A stretch of 64,000 nucleotides of DNA from Bacteroidales bacterium (GTDB taxonomy: Bacteria > Bacteroidota > Bacteroidia > Bacteroidales > UBA932), in contig JAFUWY010000027.1 in assembly GCA_017477245.1 (NCBI GenBank), forward strand, positions 118,942 to 182,941. Reading direction: 5' to 3'. The notes beneath the pieces are model-generated. The model did not search any database, was not told the DNA's origin, and saw only the letters and a list, made by a program, of their open reading frames with translations. Shown piece by piece: positions 1 to 10,659 of this stretch. A program made the translations under genes and the position numbers. Position 1 is the first letter of the stretch. Each line of letters begins with the position of its first letter.

Positions 1-848
1 CAGTTGGCCTGGATGCGCGAGAGCGCAGCCTCCACGCCGCCGCGCCCGCGGCCGACGTTCATGCTGTCCAGCGCATAGGTCAGATACCAGTAGCTGTAGG
101 CGTCGAAACCGCGCCGGAGCAGCTTCTGCCCCTGGTAGCGCTGGTAGGAGGCCGCCCGGTCGGCGAACAAAGTGTCCTCGTCCGGCTCGGCCTGCGTGAG
201 GTTGTAGCCGGCGTAGGTCCGGTAGGAGATCAAGGCAATGGAGCGCGCACAGGCCAGGCCGGCGCTGCCGCCGGTCAGGTCCGCGGCGGCGCGGAAGGTC
301 GGGTCCGCCTCCAGCGCCATGCGCTGGGACTCGTTGAAGGCGGTCATGAAAGGGTTGACGCGCGTGGCCGTGGCAAGGAACACCACGTCACGCACGACTT
401 CCGGCTCCATGATCACCCACTCCAGGGCCTGGAACCCGCCGATCGAAGGGCCCAGCATCATGTCGATGCGCTCGATCCCGAGGTGCTTGCGCACCAGGAT
501 CTCGGCGGCGACGATGTCGCGCACCGTCGTGCGCGGAAAGTCGAAGAAGTACGGCCGCCCCGTCGCCGGGTTGACGGACGCCGGGCCCGTGGCTCCGTAG
601 GGAGAGCAGAGCATCGCGGCGCACACGATGAAATACTTGTCCGGATCGAAGGTCTTGCCCTTCCCCACGAGCTGCGGCCACCAGTCCTCCGGATTGGCAT
701 TGCCCGTCAGGGCATGGCAGATCCAGACCACGGTCTCCCCGGGACGGTAGGGTCGGTCGGAGGTATAATACACCATCTCCAGGTGGTCCAGACGACCGCC
801 GGCCTCAAACTCGAAAGGTTTATCAATGACAAGTTTATTGTACTTCAT
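1..848 (-). CDS. metX: Homoserine O-acetyltransferase (alpha/beta hydrolase fold), 3' end runs off the window
   Basis: Not in the ORF track. Hand translation from the ATG at 848 gives MKYNKLVIDKPFEFEAGGRLDHLEMVYY...VVWICHALTGNANPEDWW...FDPDKYFIVCAAMLCSPYG and the nucleophile motif LGPSIGGFQALEW, typical of MetX/MetA2. Confidence 0.9.
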   Translation of the reverse strand, partial: MKYNKLVIDKPFEFEAGGRLDHLEMVYYTSDRPYRPGETVVWICHALTGNANPEDWWPQLVGKGKTFDPDKYFIVCAAMLCSPYGATGPASVNPATGRPYFFDFPRTTVRDIVAAEILVRKHLGIERIDMMLGPSIGGFQALEWVIMEPEVVRDVVFLATATRVNPFMTAFNESQRMALEADPTFRAAADLTGGSAGLACARSIALISYRTYAGYNLTQAEPDEDTLFADRAASYQRYQGQKLLRRGFDAYSYWYLTYALDSMNVGRGRGGVEAALSRIQAN

Positions 849-850
849 CT

Positions 851-2170
851 CTACTGATTCTTCGGGTGATCCCGTTCAAATTCCGCCATCCTCTCCTCCA
901 GCACGGGATAGAGCTCCTCGCGCATGCGGCTCGTGCAGCCGCGCACGCCTTGGCGCAGGCTGCCCGTCGTGGACAGGGAGATGCAGCTCACGCCGTAGTA
1001 CATCAGTTCCACGACCAGCCGGTCCCCGCTCAGGCCGTCGTAGCCGAGCGTGAAGAAGAAGCCGTCCCCCACCTCGCGCGTCACGTCCCGGTCGTAGACG
1101 ACCGTGAATCCGTGCCGGCAGAAGATCTCCTTCATCCGGCGGGCCCGGCGTTCGTACTCGCGCGTGTCCGCCACGAAATCGATCTTCCCCTCGCAGGAGA
1201 GGCGCAGCATCTCGGCATAGCCGTACTGCGTCGAGGCGGTGCAGCCGCTCGTGATCATGTACAGGACCGAGGCGGTCAGCGTGACGCCGAACACGCCGGC
1301 GTCCTGGTAGCGCTCCGCAAGGGCCGGATACTGCTTCTCGTACAGGCGGTCGGAGATGCAGCAAAGCGCCATCCGCTGCCCGGCGTAGCTGAAGATCTTG
1401 GACGAGGAGAGCATCAGGATGTAGTTGTCGGTGTAGCGGGCCACGGTGGGCACGTAGGGCGGCTGGTAGGGATGGCCCAGGTCCCGCCGGTAATCCATGC
1501 AGAAATAGGCCAGGTCCTCCATCACGACGGCGTCGTACTTCGTCGCCAGCTCGCCGATCACCTGCAGTTCCTCCTCCTCCAGGCAGATCCACGCGGGATT
1601 GTTGGGGTTGGAATAGATGATGGCCGCGATGTCGCCGGCGGCGAGCTCGGCTTCCAGCTTGTCGCGAAGCCGCGCGGCGCCGCGCCAGGCGTAGATGTCA
1701 AACTCGCGCCAGCCGATCCCGAGCACGCGCAGCTGCGACTTCTGGATCGGGAAGCCCGGGTCGATGAAGAGCACCTTGTCCTTGCCGGGGAGGCGCTGCG
1801 TGCAGGCGATGAACGCACCGAACGAGGCAGCCACGGAGCCGGTCGTCGGCACGCAGCTGCGCGGGCTCACGGACACGTCGATGAAGGCGCGGATGAACTC
1901 CGACGCGGCCTCCTTCAGCTCCGGCACGCCGGCCGCGGGCGGGTACTGCGACCCGACACCCCGGTCCAGCGCACGCTTCTCGGCCTCCACGCCATAGCGG
2001 TTGGCAGGCAGGCCCGGGGACCCCTGGTCCATCCGGACGAAAGGAATCCCCGTTTTCTGCTCGAGATATTGCGCCGCCAGCAGGATCTCCCCGATCGTGG
2101 CGGTGGACAGGTCCGCGATGCTGTTCTCGCGGCAGGCTTCGGCGACCAGCGCCTCACTGAAAATCTTCAT
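851..2170 (-). CDS. PLP-dependent class I/II aminotransferase
   Basis: 439 aa with YSNPNNP, MEDLAY and SSSKIFSYAGQR (PLP lysine) motifs; tightly packed between ilvE and metX. Confidence 0.88.
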   Translation of the reverse strand: MKIFSEALVAEACRENSIADLSTATIGEILLAAQYLEQKTGIPFVRMDQGSPGLPANRYGVEAEKRALDRGVGSQYPPAAGVPELKEAASEFIRAFIDVSVSPRSCVPTTGSVAASFGAFIACTQRLPGKDKVLFIDPGFPIQKSQLRVLGIGWREFDIYAWRGAARLRDKLEAELAAGDIAAIIYSNPNNPAWICLEEEELQVIGELATKYDAVVMEDLAYFCMDYRRDLGHPYQPPYVPTVARYTDNYILMLSSSKIFSYAGQRMALCCISDRLYEKQYPALAERYQDAGVFGVTLTASVLYMITSGCTASTQYGYAEMLRLSCEGKIDFVADTREYERRARRMKEIFCRHGFTVVYDRDVTREVGDGFFFTLGYDGLSGDRLVVELMYYGVSCISLSTTGSLRQGVRGCTSRMREELYPVLEERMAEFERDHPKNQ

Positions 2171-2173
2171 TCC

Positions 2174-3211
2174 TTAAATCTTGTGGCACCATCCGTGCGT
2201 ATCCTCCAGTTCGCCGAACTGGATGCCGGTGATCTGCTTGTAAAGCTTCGTGCAGACCGGCCCGACCGCGCCGTCCGGCTCGTAGCGGAAGGAGCGGGTG
2301 ACCAGCGGCTCGCGGAGCACCGGCTTGATGTCGATGTGCGACATCGGAGTGATAACAACAGCCGTGCCGCAACCGCCTGCTTCCGAGAATTCCGCCAGCT
2401 CGTCGAGCGGGATGGGACGCTTCTCGACCGTCATGCCGAAATCGGCCGCCACTTCCTGCAGCGTCAGGTTCGTGATGGAAGGCAGAACAGAGTCGGAAAG
2501 GGGCGTTACATATTTGTTTCCTTCCTTGATACCGAAGAAGTTGGAAGAACCGAACTCATCCACGAACTCGCGGGTCGCGGAATTGAGGTACAGCAGCTCG
2601 GCATAGCCCTGTTCATGGGCGATCTTGTACGGCACGAAGGTGCCTGCGTAGTTGGCGCTGAGCTTGTAGCTGCCCGTCCCCTTGGGAGCGGCCCGGTCGA
2701 AGTCTCCCGGGATCACGGCCGCGGCCGAACGCAGGTGGGCGCCGTAGTACGAGCCCGCCGGCGCGCACATGACGGCGAGGGTCACCTCCGGATACGGGAC
2801 CAGCTGCATCTGCGGATGCGGCGCGAAGAGCAGCGGACGCAGGTACATCGAAGCCTGGTGGCCGTAGGGCGGCAGGAACTCGAGGTTGTTCTTGACACAG
2901 AGCTCGCACATCTTGATGAACATCTCCTCCGACGGCTCCGGAAGGCCCAGGAAACGGGCGGAACGGGCCATGCGGGCGGCGTTCTTGTCCGGACGGAAGA
3001 TCGCGATCCCGCCGTCCTTCTGGCGGAAGGCCTTCAGGCCCTCGAAACAGGAGATCGCATAGTGGAGGCCCTGCATGAACGGGTCGATGGTGAAGGAGAA
3101 GGTCTCGGTCAGTTCGATGTCCGACCAGGCTCCGTCACGGTAGTGCGCCAGGACGACGGTCCGGGTGCGGTAGGCATCAAAGCCCAAAGAATCCCAATCG
3201 ATTTGTGCCAT
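2174..3211 (-). CDS. ilvE: Branched-chain amino acid aminotransferase
   Basis: LHYAISCFEGLKAFR, FRPDKNAARM, YLRP, YKLSANYA, EFGSSNFF, VLPSITN and GTAVVITP motifs of fold type IV BCAT. Confidence 0.95.
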   Translation of the reverse strand: MAQIDWDSLGFDAYRTRTVVLAHYRDGAWSDIELTETFSFTIDPFMQGLHYAISCFEGLKAFRQKDGGIAIFRPDKNAARMARSARFLGLPEPSEEMFIKMCELCVKNNLEFLPPYGHQASMYLRPLLFAPHPQMQLVPYPEVTLAVMCAPAGSYYGAHLRSAAAVIPGDFDRAAPKGTGSYKLSANYAGTFVPYKIAHEQGYAELLYLNSATREFVDEFGSSNFFGIKEGNKYVTPLSDSVLPSITNLTLQEVAADFGMTVEKRPIPLDELAEFSEAGGCGTAVVITPMSHIDIKPVLREPLVTRSFRYEPDGAVGPVCTKLYKQITGIQFGELEDTHGWCHKI

Positions 3212-3233
3212 AAATAAATCTTATATTTCCCGG

Positions 3234-4295
3234 TTATACAATGTGCGCGGCGACCCAGTCCCCCACCTCAGAGGTGGAAAAAGCCTTGCCTGAAGGGGCC
3301 AGATCCTCGGTAACAATATTGTTTTCTATGCTGAGAGCAACCGCTTTGCGGATTGCAGCCCCTTCCTCCATCAGTCCGAAGGCATATTCGAACATCATGG
3401 CGGCGGAAAGGATGGCCGCGAGGGGGTTGGCGATGTTCTTGCCAGCCGCCTGCGGGTAGGATCCGTGGATCGGCTCGTACACGCCGGTCTTCTCGCCGAT
3501 GGAGGCGGAGGCCAGCAGGCCCATCGAGCCGGACACCACGCTCGCCTCGTCGGTGAGGATGTCCCCGAAGGTATTTTCGGTCACGATCACGTCGAACCAC
3601 TTGGGCCCGGTGATGAGCTTCATCGCGGCGTTGTCCACGAACATGTAGTCCGTCGTGACCTCCGGATACTGCGGGGCCATCTCCTGGGCGACCTGCCGCC
3701 AGAGACGGGAGGATTCCAGGACGTTGGCCTTGTCCACCACGGTGAGGTGCTTGCGGCGGCGCATGGCGAACTCAAAGGCCTGCCGGAGGATGCGCTCGAT
3801 CTCGTAGCGGTGGTAGATGTTGGTGTCGTAGGCGGTGTCGCCGCCGTCCAGGCGGCCCTTCTCGCCGAAATACATGCCTCCGGTCAGCTCGCGGATGCAC
3901 AGGAAATCCGCCCCGTCCACCAGCTCTTCCTTGAGGGGCGACTTGTGCACGAGGGATTTGAAGGTCTCCACCGGACGCAGGTTGGCGAACAGGCCGAGCT
4001 GCTTGCGCATGGCCAGCAGGCCCTGCTCCGGACGCACCTTCGCGGTGGGATCGTTGTCGTACTTGGGATCGCCGACGGCGCCGAACAGCACGGCGTCGCA
4101 CTCCAGGCAGGTCTGGTAGGTCACCTCCGGGAAGGCGTCGCCGAAACGGTCGATGGCGCATGCGCCCGCATACGCGAAATGGTAGGACACCTCGTGTCCG
4201 AACTTGCGGCAGACGGCGTCCACGGACTTGACCGCCTGGCCGACGACCTCGGGGCCGATGCCGTCCCCGGGCAGAAGGGCAATATTCAGTTTCAT
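3234..4295 (-). CDS. leuB: 3-isopropylmalate dehydrogenase
   Basis: [55 protein letters not shown] and ANPLAAILS motifs. Confidence 0.97.
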   Translation of the reverse strand: MKLNIALLPGDGIGPEVVGQAVKSVDAVCRKFGHEVSYHFAYAGACAIDRFGDAFPEVTYQTCLECDAVLFGAVGDPKYDNDPTAKVRPEQGLLAMRKQLGLFANLRPVETFKSLVHKSPLKEELVDGADFLCIRELTGGMYFGEKGRLDGGDTAYDTNIYHRYEIERILRQAFEFAMRRRKHLTVVDKANVLESSRLWRQVAQEMAPQYPEVTTDYMFVDNAAMKLITGPKWFDVIVTENTFGDILTDEASVVSGSMGLLASASIGEKTGVYEPIHGSYPQAAGKNIANPLAAILSAAMMFEYAFGLMEEGAAIRKAVALSIENNIVTEDLAPSGKAFSTSEVGDWVAAHIV

Positions 4296-5845
4296 TTCAG
4301 TTGATTCAGATCCATGTTTTCGATGATGTTGAGCATCTTGACCGTGGCCTTGATGGCGGCCTCGGTCTGGTCGGAGTCGATGCCACGCGTCTTGAACTCG
4401 TAGTCTCCGTCCTTCCAGGAGATGCTGGCGGACACGAGGGCGTCGGTCTTGCCGCCCGGCGGGATCGTGACCTGGTAGTCAGTCAGCACGGGGTGGGACT
4501 TGCCGAGCTTCTCGTAGATGATCCAGAGGGCCTTCATGAACGCGTCGTACTGCCCGTCGCCGGGCGAGGCGGCCTCGTATTCCTGGCCGTGGATATTGAC
4601 CTTGACCACGGCGACCGGACGCATCCCGCGGGCCAGCTGCAGGGAGTAGTTGACGATGTGGATGTTGTCCTGGGCGGCACTGTGGGCCGTCTTGAGCACG
4701 TCCGCGATGATGAACGGAAGGTCCTCGGCGGCCAGCGCCTCCTTCTTGTCGCCCAGCTCCACGACGCGCTGCGTGACCAGCCTGACCTGTTCGGGGGTGA
4801 GGCGGATGCCCAGCTTGTCGAGGTTCTTGACGATGTTGGCCTTGCCGCTCATCTTGCCCAGGGCATAGCTGCGCGTGCGGCCGAAGCGCTGCGGGAGCAG
4901 CGGATTCGCATAGAGGTCGGCCTTGTTGTCCCCGTCGGCATGCACGCCGCTGCTCTGCGTGAAGACGTTCTCCCCCACCACGGGTTCGTTGCCCGGGATG
5001 CGGATGCCGGAGATGCTCTCCACGTACTTGCAGACATGCGTCAGCTTGGACTCGTCCACGCCGAGCGGGCAGCCCAGCTGGTCGCGGAGCGCGGCCACGA
5101 CCCCCGCCACGGGGGCGTTGCCGCTGCGCTCGCCCAGGCCGTTGACGGTCACGTGGACGCCGCTGATGCCGGCGCGCACGGCCGCCAGCGTGTTGGCCAC
5201 GGCCAGGCCGTAGTCGTTGTGGGCGTGGAAGTCGAACGCCATCTCTGGGAAACGCTCCCGCATCTGCGTGACGAACGCCTCCACCTGCCAGGGGTTCAGC
5301 ACCCCGAGGGTGTCGGGCAGCATCACGTGGCGCAGGGGCTGGGAGCGCAGACGCTCCAGCAGCCCGAACACGTACTCCGGCGAATCGGCCATGCCGTTGG
5401 ACCAGTCCTCGAGGTAGAGATTGACCGACAGGCCCCGCTCCGCGGCATGGGCGATCACGCGGATGATCGCTTCGGCATGCTGCTCCGGGGTCTTCTTCAG
5501 CTGCTTCTCGAGATGGCGCAGGGAACCTTTGGCCAGGATGTTGACCACCCGGCCGCCGGCGTCGGCGATCCAGTCCACGGACACCCCGTCGTCGACGAAG
5601 CCCAGGGCTTCGACCCGGTCGAGACAGCCTGCTGACGCGGCCCAGGCGCAGATGCGCCGGAACGCTTCGCTCTCCCCCTTGGACACGCGCGCGGAGGCCA
5701 CTTCGACACGGTCGACCCGCAGCTCCTCGAGCAGGAGCTGCGCGATCGCCAGCTTCTCGTCCGCGTTGAACGAGACGCCGGCGGTCTGTTCGCCGTCGCG
5801 GAGTGTCGTATCGAGGATGACGACCTTATTTGCGTGCTCTTTCAA
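4292..5845 (-). CDS. cimA: Citramalate synthase (LeuA/CimA family, Bacteroides/Leptospira type); start uncertain (TTG at 5845 or 5872)
   Basis: [14 protein letters not shown] and GLGERSGN motifs plus CimA-type segments [19 protein letters not shown] and [11 protein letters not shown]; second LeuA-family gene of the operon. Confidence 0.85.
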   Translation of the reverse strand: MKEHANKVVILDTTLRDGEQTAGVSFNADEKLAIAQLLLEELRVDRVEVASARVSKGESEAFRRICAWAASAGCLDRVEALGFVDDGVSVDWIADAGGRVVNILAKGSLRHLEKQLKKTPEQHAEAIIRVIAHAAERGLSVNLYLEDWSNGMADSPEYVFGLLERLRSQPLRHVMLPDTLGVLNPWQVEAFVTQMRERFPEMAFDFHAHNDYGLAVANTLAAVRAGISGVHVTVNGLGERSGNAPVAGVVAALRDQLGCPLGVDESKLTHVCKYVESISGIRIPGNEPVVGENVFTQSSGVHADGDNKADLYANPLLPQRFGRTRSYALGKMSGKANIVKNLDKLGIRLTPEQVRLVTQRVVELGDKKEALAAEDLPFIIADVLKTAHSAAQDNIHIVNYSLQLARGMRPVAVVKVNIHGQEYEAASPGDGQYDAFMKALWIIYEKLGKSHPVLTDYQVTIPPGGKTDALVSASISWKDGDYEFKTRGIDSDQTEAAIKATVKMLNIIENMDLNQLK

Positions 5846-6422
5846 AGGCTTCGATCTTATCCTTCTGCTCAAGAAGATAGTCTATATCATCTAAAGCATG
5901 GGTTAAACAATATTTCTTGTACGCGTTGAGCTCGAACCGCTCGCTGCGCCCCGTGGCGAGGTTGGTCACGGTCTGCGCCGGCACGTCCACGCGCACCTTC
6001 ATGGCCGGATCGGCCTGGATGCTGGCGAAGAGCTCGGACAGGAACGCCTCAGACACCACGACCGGCAGCACGAAGTTGTTGAGTTCGTTGTTCTTGTGGA
6101 TGTCGGCGAAGAAGCTGGAGATCACCACGCGGAAGCCCGCACCGGCGATGGCCCAGGCCGCGTGCTCCCGGCTCGATCCGGAGCCGAAATTCTTGCCGGC
6201 CACCAGGATGCAGCCGCCGTAGCGCGGGTCGTTCAGGACGAAACCGGGCTTGGGATTCCCCGCGGCGTCGTAGCGCCAGTCACGGAACAGGTTGTCCCCG
6301 AAGAACTTCTCGTCGCGGGTCGTGGCCTTGAGGAAACGGGCCGGGATGATCTGGTCCGTGTCCACGTTCTCCAGCGGAAGGGGCACGCAGGTGCTCTCTA
6401 TGATGTCGAATTTCTGTTTCAT
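5826..6422 (-). CDS. leuD: 3-isopropylmalate dehydratase small subunit
   Basis: [28 protein letters not shown] and SFFADI motifs. Confidence 0.97.
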   Translation of the reverse strand: MKQKFDIIESTCVPLPLENVDTDQIIPARFLKATTRDEKFFGDNLFRDWRYDAAGNPKPGFVLNDPRYGGCILVAGKNFGSGSSREHAAWAIAGAGFRVVISSFFADIHKNNELNNFVLPVVVSEAFLSELFASIQADPAMKVRVDVPAQTVTNLATGRSERFELNAYKKYCLTHALDDIDYLLEQKDKIEAFERARK

Positions 6423-7786
6423 AAAAGGGTACGTGGATCGGTGACGACACCCGTCACGGCTGCGGCGGCCGCGGTGAGCGGACTGGCGAGCAGCGTGCGG
6501 GAACCCGGGCCCTGGCGGCCCTCGAAATTGCGGTTGCTGGTCGAGACGGCATACTTCCCGGCGGGGATCTTGTCGTCGTTCATCGCCAGGCAGGCCGAGC
6601 AGCCGGGCTGCCGGACCTCGAAGCCGGCCTCGGCGAGCACGCGGTCCAGGCCTTCGGCCTCGACCTGGCGCTTCACGGCCCAGGATCCCGGCACCAGCCA
6701 GGCGGTCACGCCCGGCGCCTTACGGCGTCCGCGCACCAGCGAAGCGAAGGCGCGGAAGTCCTCGATGCGCCCGTTGGTGCAGGCGCCGAGGAAGACGTAG
6801 TCGACAGGATGTCCGAGCAATTTCTGCCCGGCAGCAAATCCCATGTAGTCAAGCGCTTTCTTCGCAGCATCTGCAGGGATGCTTCCGCCGACCGGCATCC
6901 CCATCCCGGGATTGGTCCCGTAGGTGATCATCGGCTGGATGTCGGCAGCGTCGAAGACGACTTCGCGGTCGAAGACGGCGTCGTCGCCGCTGCGCAGCGT
7001 GCGCCAGCGCTCCACTGCTTCGTCCCAGGCCGCGCCCTTCGGCGCATATTCACGCCCCTTCAGGTAGGCGAAGGTCGTCTCGTCCGGAGCCACGAATCCG
7101 CCGCGCGCCCCCATCTCGATGGAGAGGTTGCAGAGCGTCAGGCGGCCCTCCATCGAGAGCGCGCGCACGGCGCTGCCGCGGTACTCCACGAAATAGCCCG
7201 TGGCGCCGCTCGTCGTGAGCTTGCTCATCAGGTAGAGCGCCATGTCCTTGGCGGTCACGCCGGGACCCAGCTGCCCCTCGATGCGGATGCTCATCGACCT
7301 GGGTTTCTGCTGCAGGATGCACTGGGACGCCAGCACCATCTCCACCTCGCTCGTGCCGATGCCGAAGGCGACGGCGCCCACCGCCCCGTGCGTGGACGTG
7401 TGCGAATCGCCGCACACAATGGTCATGCCGGGCAGCGAGAGCCCCTTCTCCGGCCCCACGACGTGGATGATCCCGTTGTCGGGGCTCAACATGCCGTAGT
7501 GCGTCAGCCCGAATTCGGCGGCGTTGCGCGCCAGCGCATCCACCTGGGCCTTGGACACGGGATCCTCGATCGGCTTGTCCTGGTCGTGGGTCGGGGTGTT
7601 GTGGTCCGGCATGCAGAAGATCTGCTGCGGACGCAGGCACCGGATGCCCCGGGCGCGCAGGCCGTCGAAGGCCTGCGGGCTCGTGACCTCGTGGCAGTAG
7701 AGCCGGTCTATGTAGAGCTGGGTCGGGCCGTCCTCGATGAGCGAGACCACGTGTGCGTCCCAGATCTTGTCAAAAAGCGTATTCAT
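6419..7786 (-). CDS. leuC: 3-isopropylmalate dehydratase large subunit
   Basis: [39 protein letters not shown] and [12 protein letters not shown] motifs. Confidence 0.98.
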   Translation of the reverse strand: MNTLFDKIWDAHVVSLIEDGPTQLYIDRLYCHEVTSPQAFDGLRARGIRCLRPQQIFCMPDHNTPTHDQDKPIEDPVSKAQVDALARNAAEFGLTHYGMLSPDNGIIHVVGPEKGLSLPGMTIVCGDSHTSTHGAVGAVAFGIGTSEVEMVLASQCILQQKPRSMSIRIEGQLGPGVTAKDMALYLMSKLTTSGATGYFVEYRGSAVRALSMEGRLTLCNLSIEMGARGGFVAPDETTFAYLKGREYAPKGAAWDEAVERWRTLRSGDDAVFDREVVFDAADIQPMITYGTNPGMGMPVGGSIPADAAKKALDYMGFAAGQKLLGHPVDYVFLGACTNGRIEDFRAFASLVRGRRKAPGVTAWLVPGSWAVKRQVEAEGLDRVLAEAGFEVRQPGCSACLAMNDDKIPAGKYAVSTSNRNFEGRQGPGSRTLLASPLTAAAAAVTGVVTDPRTLL

Positions 7787-9288
7787 CAGCTCTTGAATTT
7801 GTTGATACAGTCAATGTAGGCCTCCACGGACCCGGTCACGATGTCGGTATTGGCGCCGAAACCGTAGTACACATGGCCGTCGTGCTCCACCTGCATGTGG
7901 ACCTTGGCCACGTCGTCGGAGCCCTTGGTGATGTTCTGGATCGTGAATTCCTTGATCGTCATCGTGCGCTTGATGATGGACTTGAGGGCGTTGATGGCGG
8001 CGTCCACCGGGCCGTTGCCGTGGGCCGCGCCTTCGAATTTCTCGCCGGCGATGTCCAGTCCGATGCTCGCGACGGGCCGCAGGCCCTTGCCGCTCGTCAC
8101 CTGGAGGTAGTCCAGCTTGACGTGCGCCACCTCGGCGCGCTCGGCGCCGGCCAGCACCAGCAGGTCGTCGTCGGTCACCTGCTTCTTCTTGTCCGCCAGC
8201 TTGAGGAATTCCTGGTAGAAGGCGTCCAGCTTCTCGTCGGAGAGCTTGATGCCCAGGGTCTCCAGGCGGAAGCGCAGGGCGGCGTGGCCGCTGCGGGCCG
8301 TCAGCACGATGTTGTTGTCGTCCAGGCCGATATCCTTGGGATTGATGATCTCGTAGGTGCTGACCTCCTTGAGCACGCCGTCCTGGTGGATGCCGGACGA
8401 GTGCGCGAAGGCGTTGCGGCCCACGATGGCCTTGTTGGCCTGCACGGGCATGTTCATCAGGCTCGACACCATCCGGCTGACCGGATAGATGCGCGGCGTG
8501 TTGATGTTGCAGGTCAGGGGGATGTCGGAGTGGCTCCTGAGGATCATGGCGATCTCCTCGAGCGCGGTGTTGCCGGCGCGCTCCCCCACGCCGTTGATCG
8601 TCACCTCGCACTGGCGCGCCCCGGCCAGCAGGCCGCTGATGGTGTTGGCCGTGGCCATGCCGAGGTCGTTGTGGCAGTGCGTGGAGAGGATGGCCCGGTC
8701 GATGCCGTCCACGTGCTCCACCAGGTAGCGGATCTTGGCAGCATACTCCTCCGGGAGGCAGTAGCCCGTGGTGTCGGGGATGTTGACCACCGTGGCGCCG
8801 GCCTTGATCACGGCTTCGACCACCTGCGCAAGGTAGGCGTTGTCCGTACGTCCGGCATCCTCGGCGTAGAACTCCACGTCCTCGACGAACTGCTTGGCGT
8901 ACTTGACGGCCCGGACGGCCCGCTCCAGGATCTCCTCGCGCGTGGAGTTGAACTTGTAGCGGATGTGCGAGTCGGAAGTGCCGATGCCGGTATGGATGCG
9001 CTTGTGCTTGGCGTACTTCAGCGCATCCACGGCCACGTCGATGTCTTTCTGCACCGCCCGCGTGAGGGCGCAGACCGTCGGCCAGGTCACGGCCTTGGAG
9101 ATCTCCACGACCGAGTTGTAGTCGCCGGGGCTCGAGACCGGGAAACCGGCCTCGATCACGTCCACGCCGAGCTCCTCCAGCGCCTTGGCCACCTGGATCT
9201 TCTCCACGGTGTTGAGCTGGCAGCCGGGCACCTGCTCGCCGTCGCGCAGGGTGGTGTCGAAAAAGTATATCCGGTTGCTGTCCATCAC
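7786..9288 (-). CDS. leuA: 2-isopropylmalate synthase
   Basis: [27 protein letters not shown] and HSSGIHQDG motifs; C-terminal regulatory domain with GNGPVDA. Confidence 0.96.
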   Translation of the reverse strand: MMDSNRIYFFDTTLRDGEQVPGCQLNTVEKIQVAKALEELGVDVIEAGFPVSSPGDYNSVVEISKAVTWPTVCALTRAVQKDIDVAVDALKYAKHKRIHTGIGTSDSHIRYKFNSTREEILERAVRAVKYAKQFVEDVEFYAEDAGRTDNAYLAQVVEAVIKAGATVVNIPDTTGYCLPEEYAAKIRYLVEHVDGIDRAILSTHCHNDLGMATANTISGLLAGARQCEVTINGVGERAGNTALEEIAMILRSHSDIPLTCNINTPRIYPVSRMVSSLMNMPVQANKAIVGRNAFAHSSGIHQDGVLKEVSTYEIINPKDIGLDDNNIVLTARSGHAALRFRLETLGIKLSDEKLDAFYQEFLKLADKKKQVTDDDLLVLAGAERAEVAHVKLDYLQVTSGKGLRPVASIGLDIAGEKFEGAAHGNGPVDAAINALKSIIKRTMTIKEFTIQNITKGSDDVAKVHMQVEHDGHVYYGFGANTDIVTGSVEAYIDCINKFKS

Positions 9289-9291
9289 GGA

Positions 9292-10335
9292 TTATTTATT
9301 CTCGGGACGGAGTTCACGGACGGCTGCGCCGGTGCGCCAGAGCTCGCTCTCGCGCATGGCCTTCAGTTCCTTCTCCAGGCCTTCGCGGTAGTCGGGCTTG
9401 GAATTGGCGTCGATCGAGCGCTGGGCTTCGTTGCCGCAGGCCACCTCGTTGTAGAGCTTCTCGAACACCGGTTTGGTGGCGTCGTGGAAGGGGCCCATCC
9501 AGTCGAGGGCGCCGCGCTGGGCGGTGGTGGAGCAGTTGGCGTACATCCAGTCCATGCCCTTCTCGGCGAAGAGCGGCATCAGCGACTGGGTCAGCTCCTC
9601 GACGGTCTCGTTGAAGGCCTCGGAGGGGCTATGGCCGTGCTCGCGCAGCACTTCGTACTGGGCGGACAGGATGCCCTGGATGGCGCCCATCAGGGTGCCG
9701 CGCTCGCCGGTGAGGTCGGAGTAGACCTCGCGCTTGAAGTCGGTCTCGAAGAGGTAGCCCGAGCCGATGGCGATGCCGAGGGCGAGGGTGCGCTCGAGGG
9801 CGCGGCCCGTGGCGTCCTGGTACACGGCGAAGGAGGAATTGATGCCGCGGCCCTGCAGGAAGAGCCGGCGCACGGAGGTGCCGGAGCCCTTCGGGGCCAC
9901 CATAATCACGTCGACGTCCTTCGGCGGGACGATCCCGGTGCGGTCGTTGAAGGTGATGCCGAAGCCGTGGGAGAAATACAGGGCCTTGCCGGGGGTCAGG
10001 TGCTTCCTGACCACGGGCCACTGCTCGATCTGGGCGGCGTCGGAGAGGAGGAACTCGATCACGGTCGCCTTCTCGCAGGCCTCCTCGATGCTGAAGAGGG
10101 TCTTGCCGGGCACCCAGCCGTCGCCGACCGCCTTGTCGAAGGTCTTGCCGGCACGCTGGCCGACGATGACGTTGATGCCGTTGTCCTTGAGGTTGAGGGC
10201 CTGTCCGGGGCCCTGGATGCCATAACCGATGATGGCCACGACCTCGTCCTTGAGGACTTCGCGGGCCTTCTCCACCGAAAACTCATCGCGGGTGACGACA
10301 TTCTCGACCACCCCGCCGAAATTCATCTTTGCCAT
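9292..10335 (-). CDS. ilvC: Ketol-acid reductoisomerase
   Basis: IGYGIQGPGQALNL, FSHGFG, MVAPKGSG, SDLTGERGTLMG and NCSTTAQRGA motifs. Confidence 0.97.
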   Translation of the reverse strand: MAKMNFGGVVENVVTRDEFSVEKAREVLKDEVVAIIGYGIQGPGQALNLKDNGINVIVGQRAGKTFDKAVGDGWVPGKTLFSIEEACEKATVIEFLLSDAAQIEQWPVVRKHLTPGKALYFSHGFGITFNDRTGIVPPKDVDVIMVAPKGSGTSVRRLFLQGRGINSSFAVYQDATGRALERTLALGIAIGSGYLFETDFKREVYSDLTGERGTLMGAIQGILSAQYEVLREHGHSPSEAFNETVEELTQSLMPLFAEKGMDWMYANCSTTAQRGALDWMGPFHDATKPVFEKLYNEVACGNEAQRSIDANSKPDYREGLEKELKAMRESELWRTGAAVRELRPENK

Positions 10336-10350
10336 AACTCTTAAACGTTT

Positions 10351-10659
10351 TTATTGGTTTCTGTTTTTCAGATAATCTTCCAGGATCCCATGCTCCGCGG
10401 CGCTGGTCGCGTTGTCCGGGAAATAAAAGGCGCGCACCACCTCGACCTTCTTCTCGATGAAGCCCACCACCTGCTGCGCGGCATGCTCGGTGGTGATGGC
10501 CCGGAAGGTGAAATGGTGGATGCCCGGGAACTCCGACGGGAACACCGTCAGGCTCTCGATGTTGATGCCGCGGCGGGTGAAGATGTTGGAGATCGAGCTC
10601 AACAGACCCACCTGGTTCTCGGAGTACACCGAGATGATATACATGCTGCTATTCTCCAT
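10351..10659 (-). CDS. ilvN: Acetolactate synthase small subunit, single ACT domain (start may be 10644)
   Basis: ISVYSENQVGLLSSISNIFTRRGINIESLTV ACT signature, directly after ilvB. Confidence 0.88.
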   Translation of the reverse strand: MENSSMYIISVYSENQVGLLSSISNIFTRRGINIESLTVFPSEFPGIHHFTFRAITTEHAAQQVVGFIEKKVEVVRAFYFPDNATSAAEHGILEDYLKNRNQ

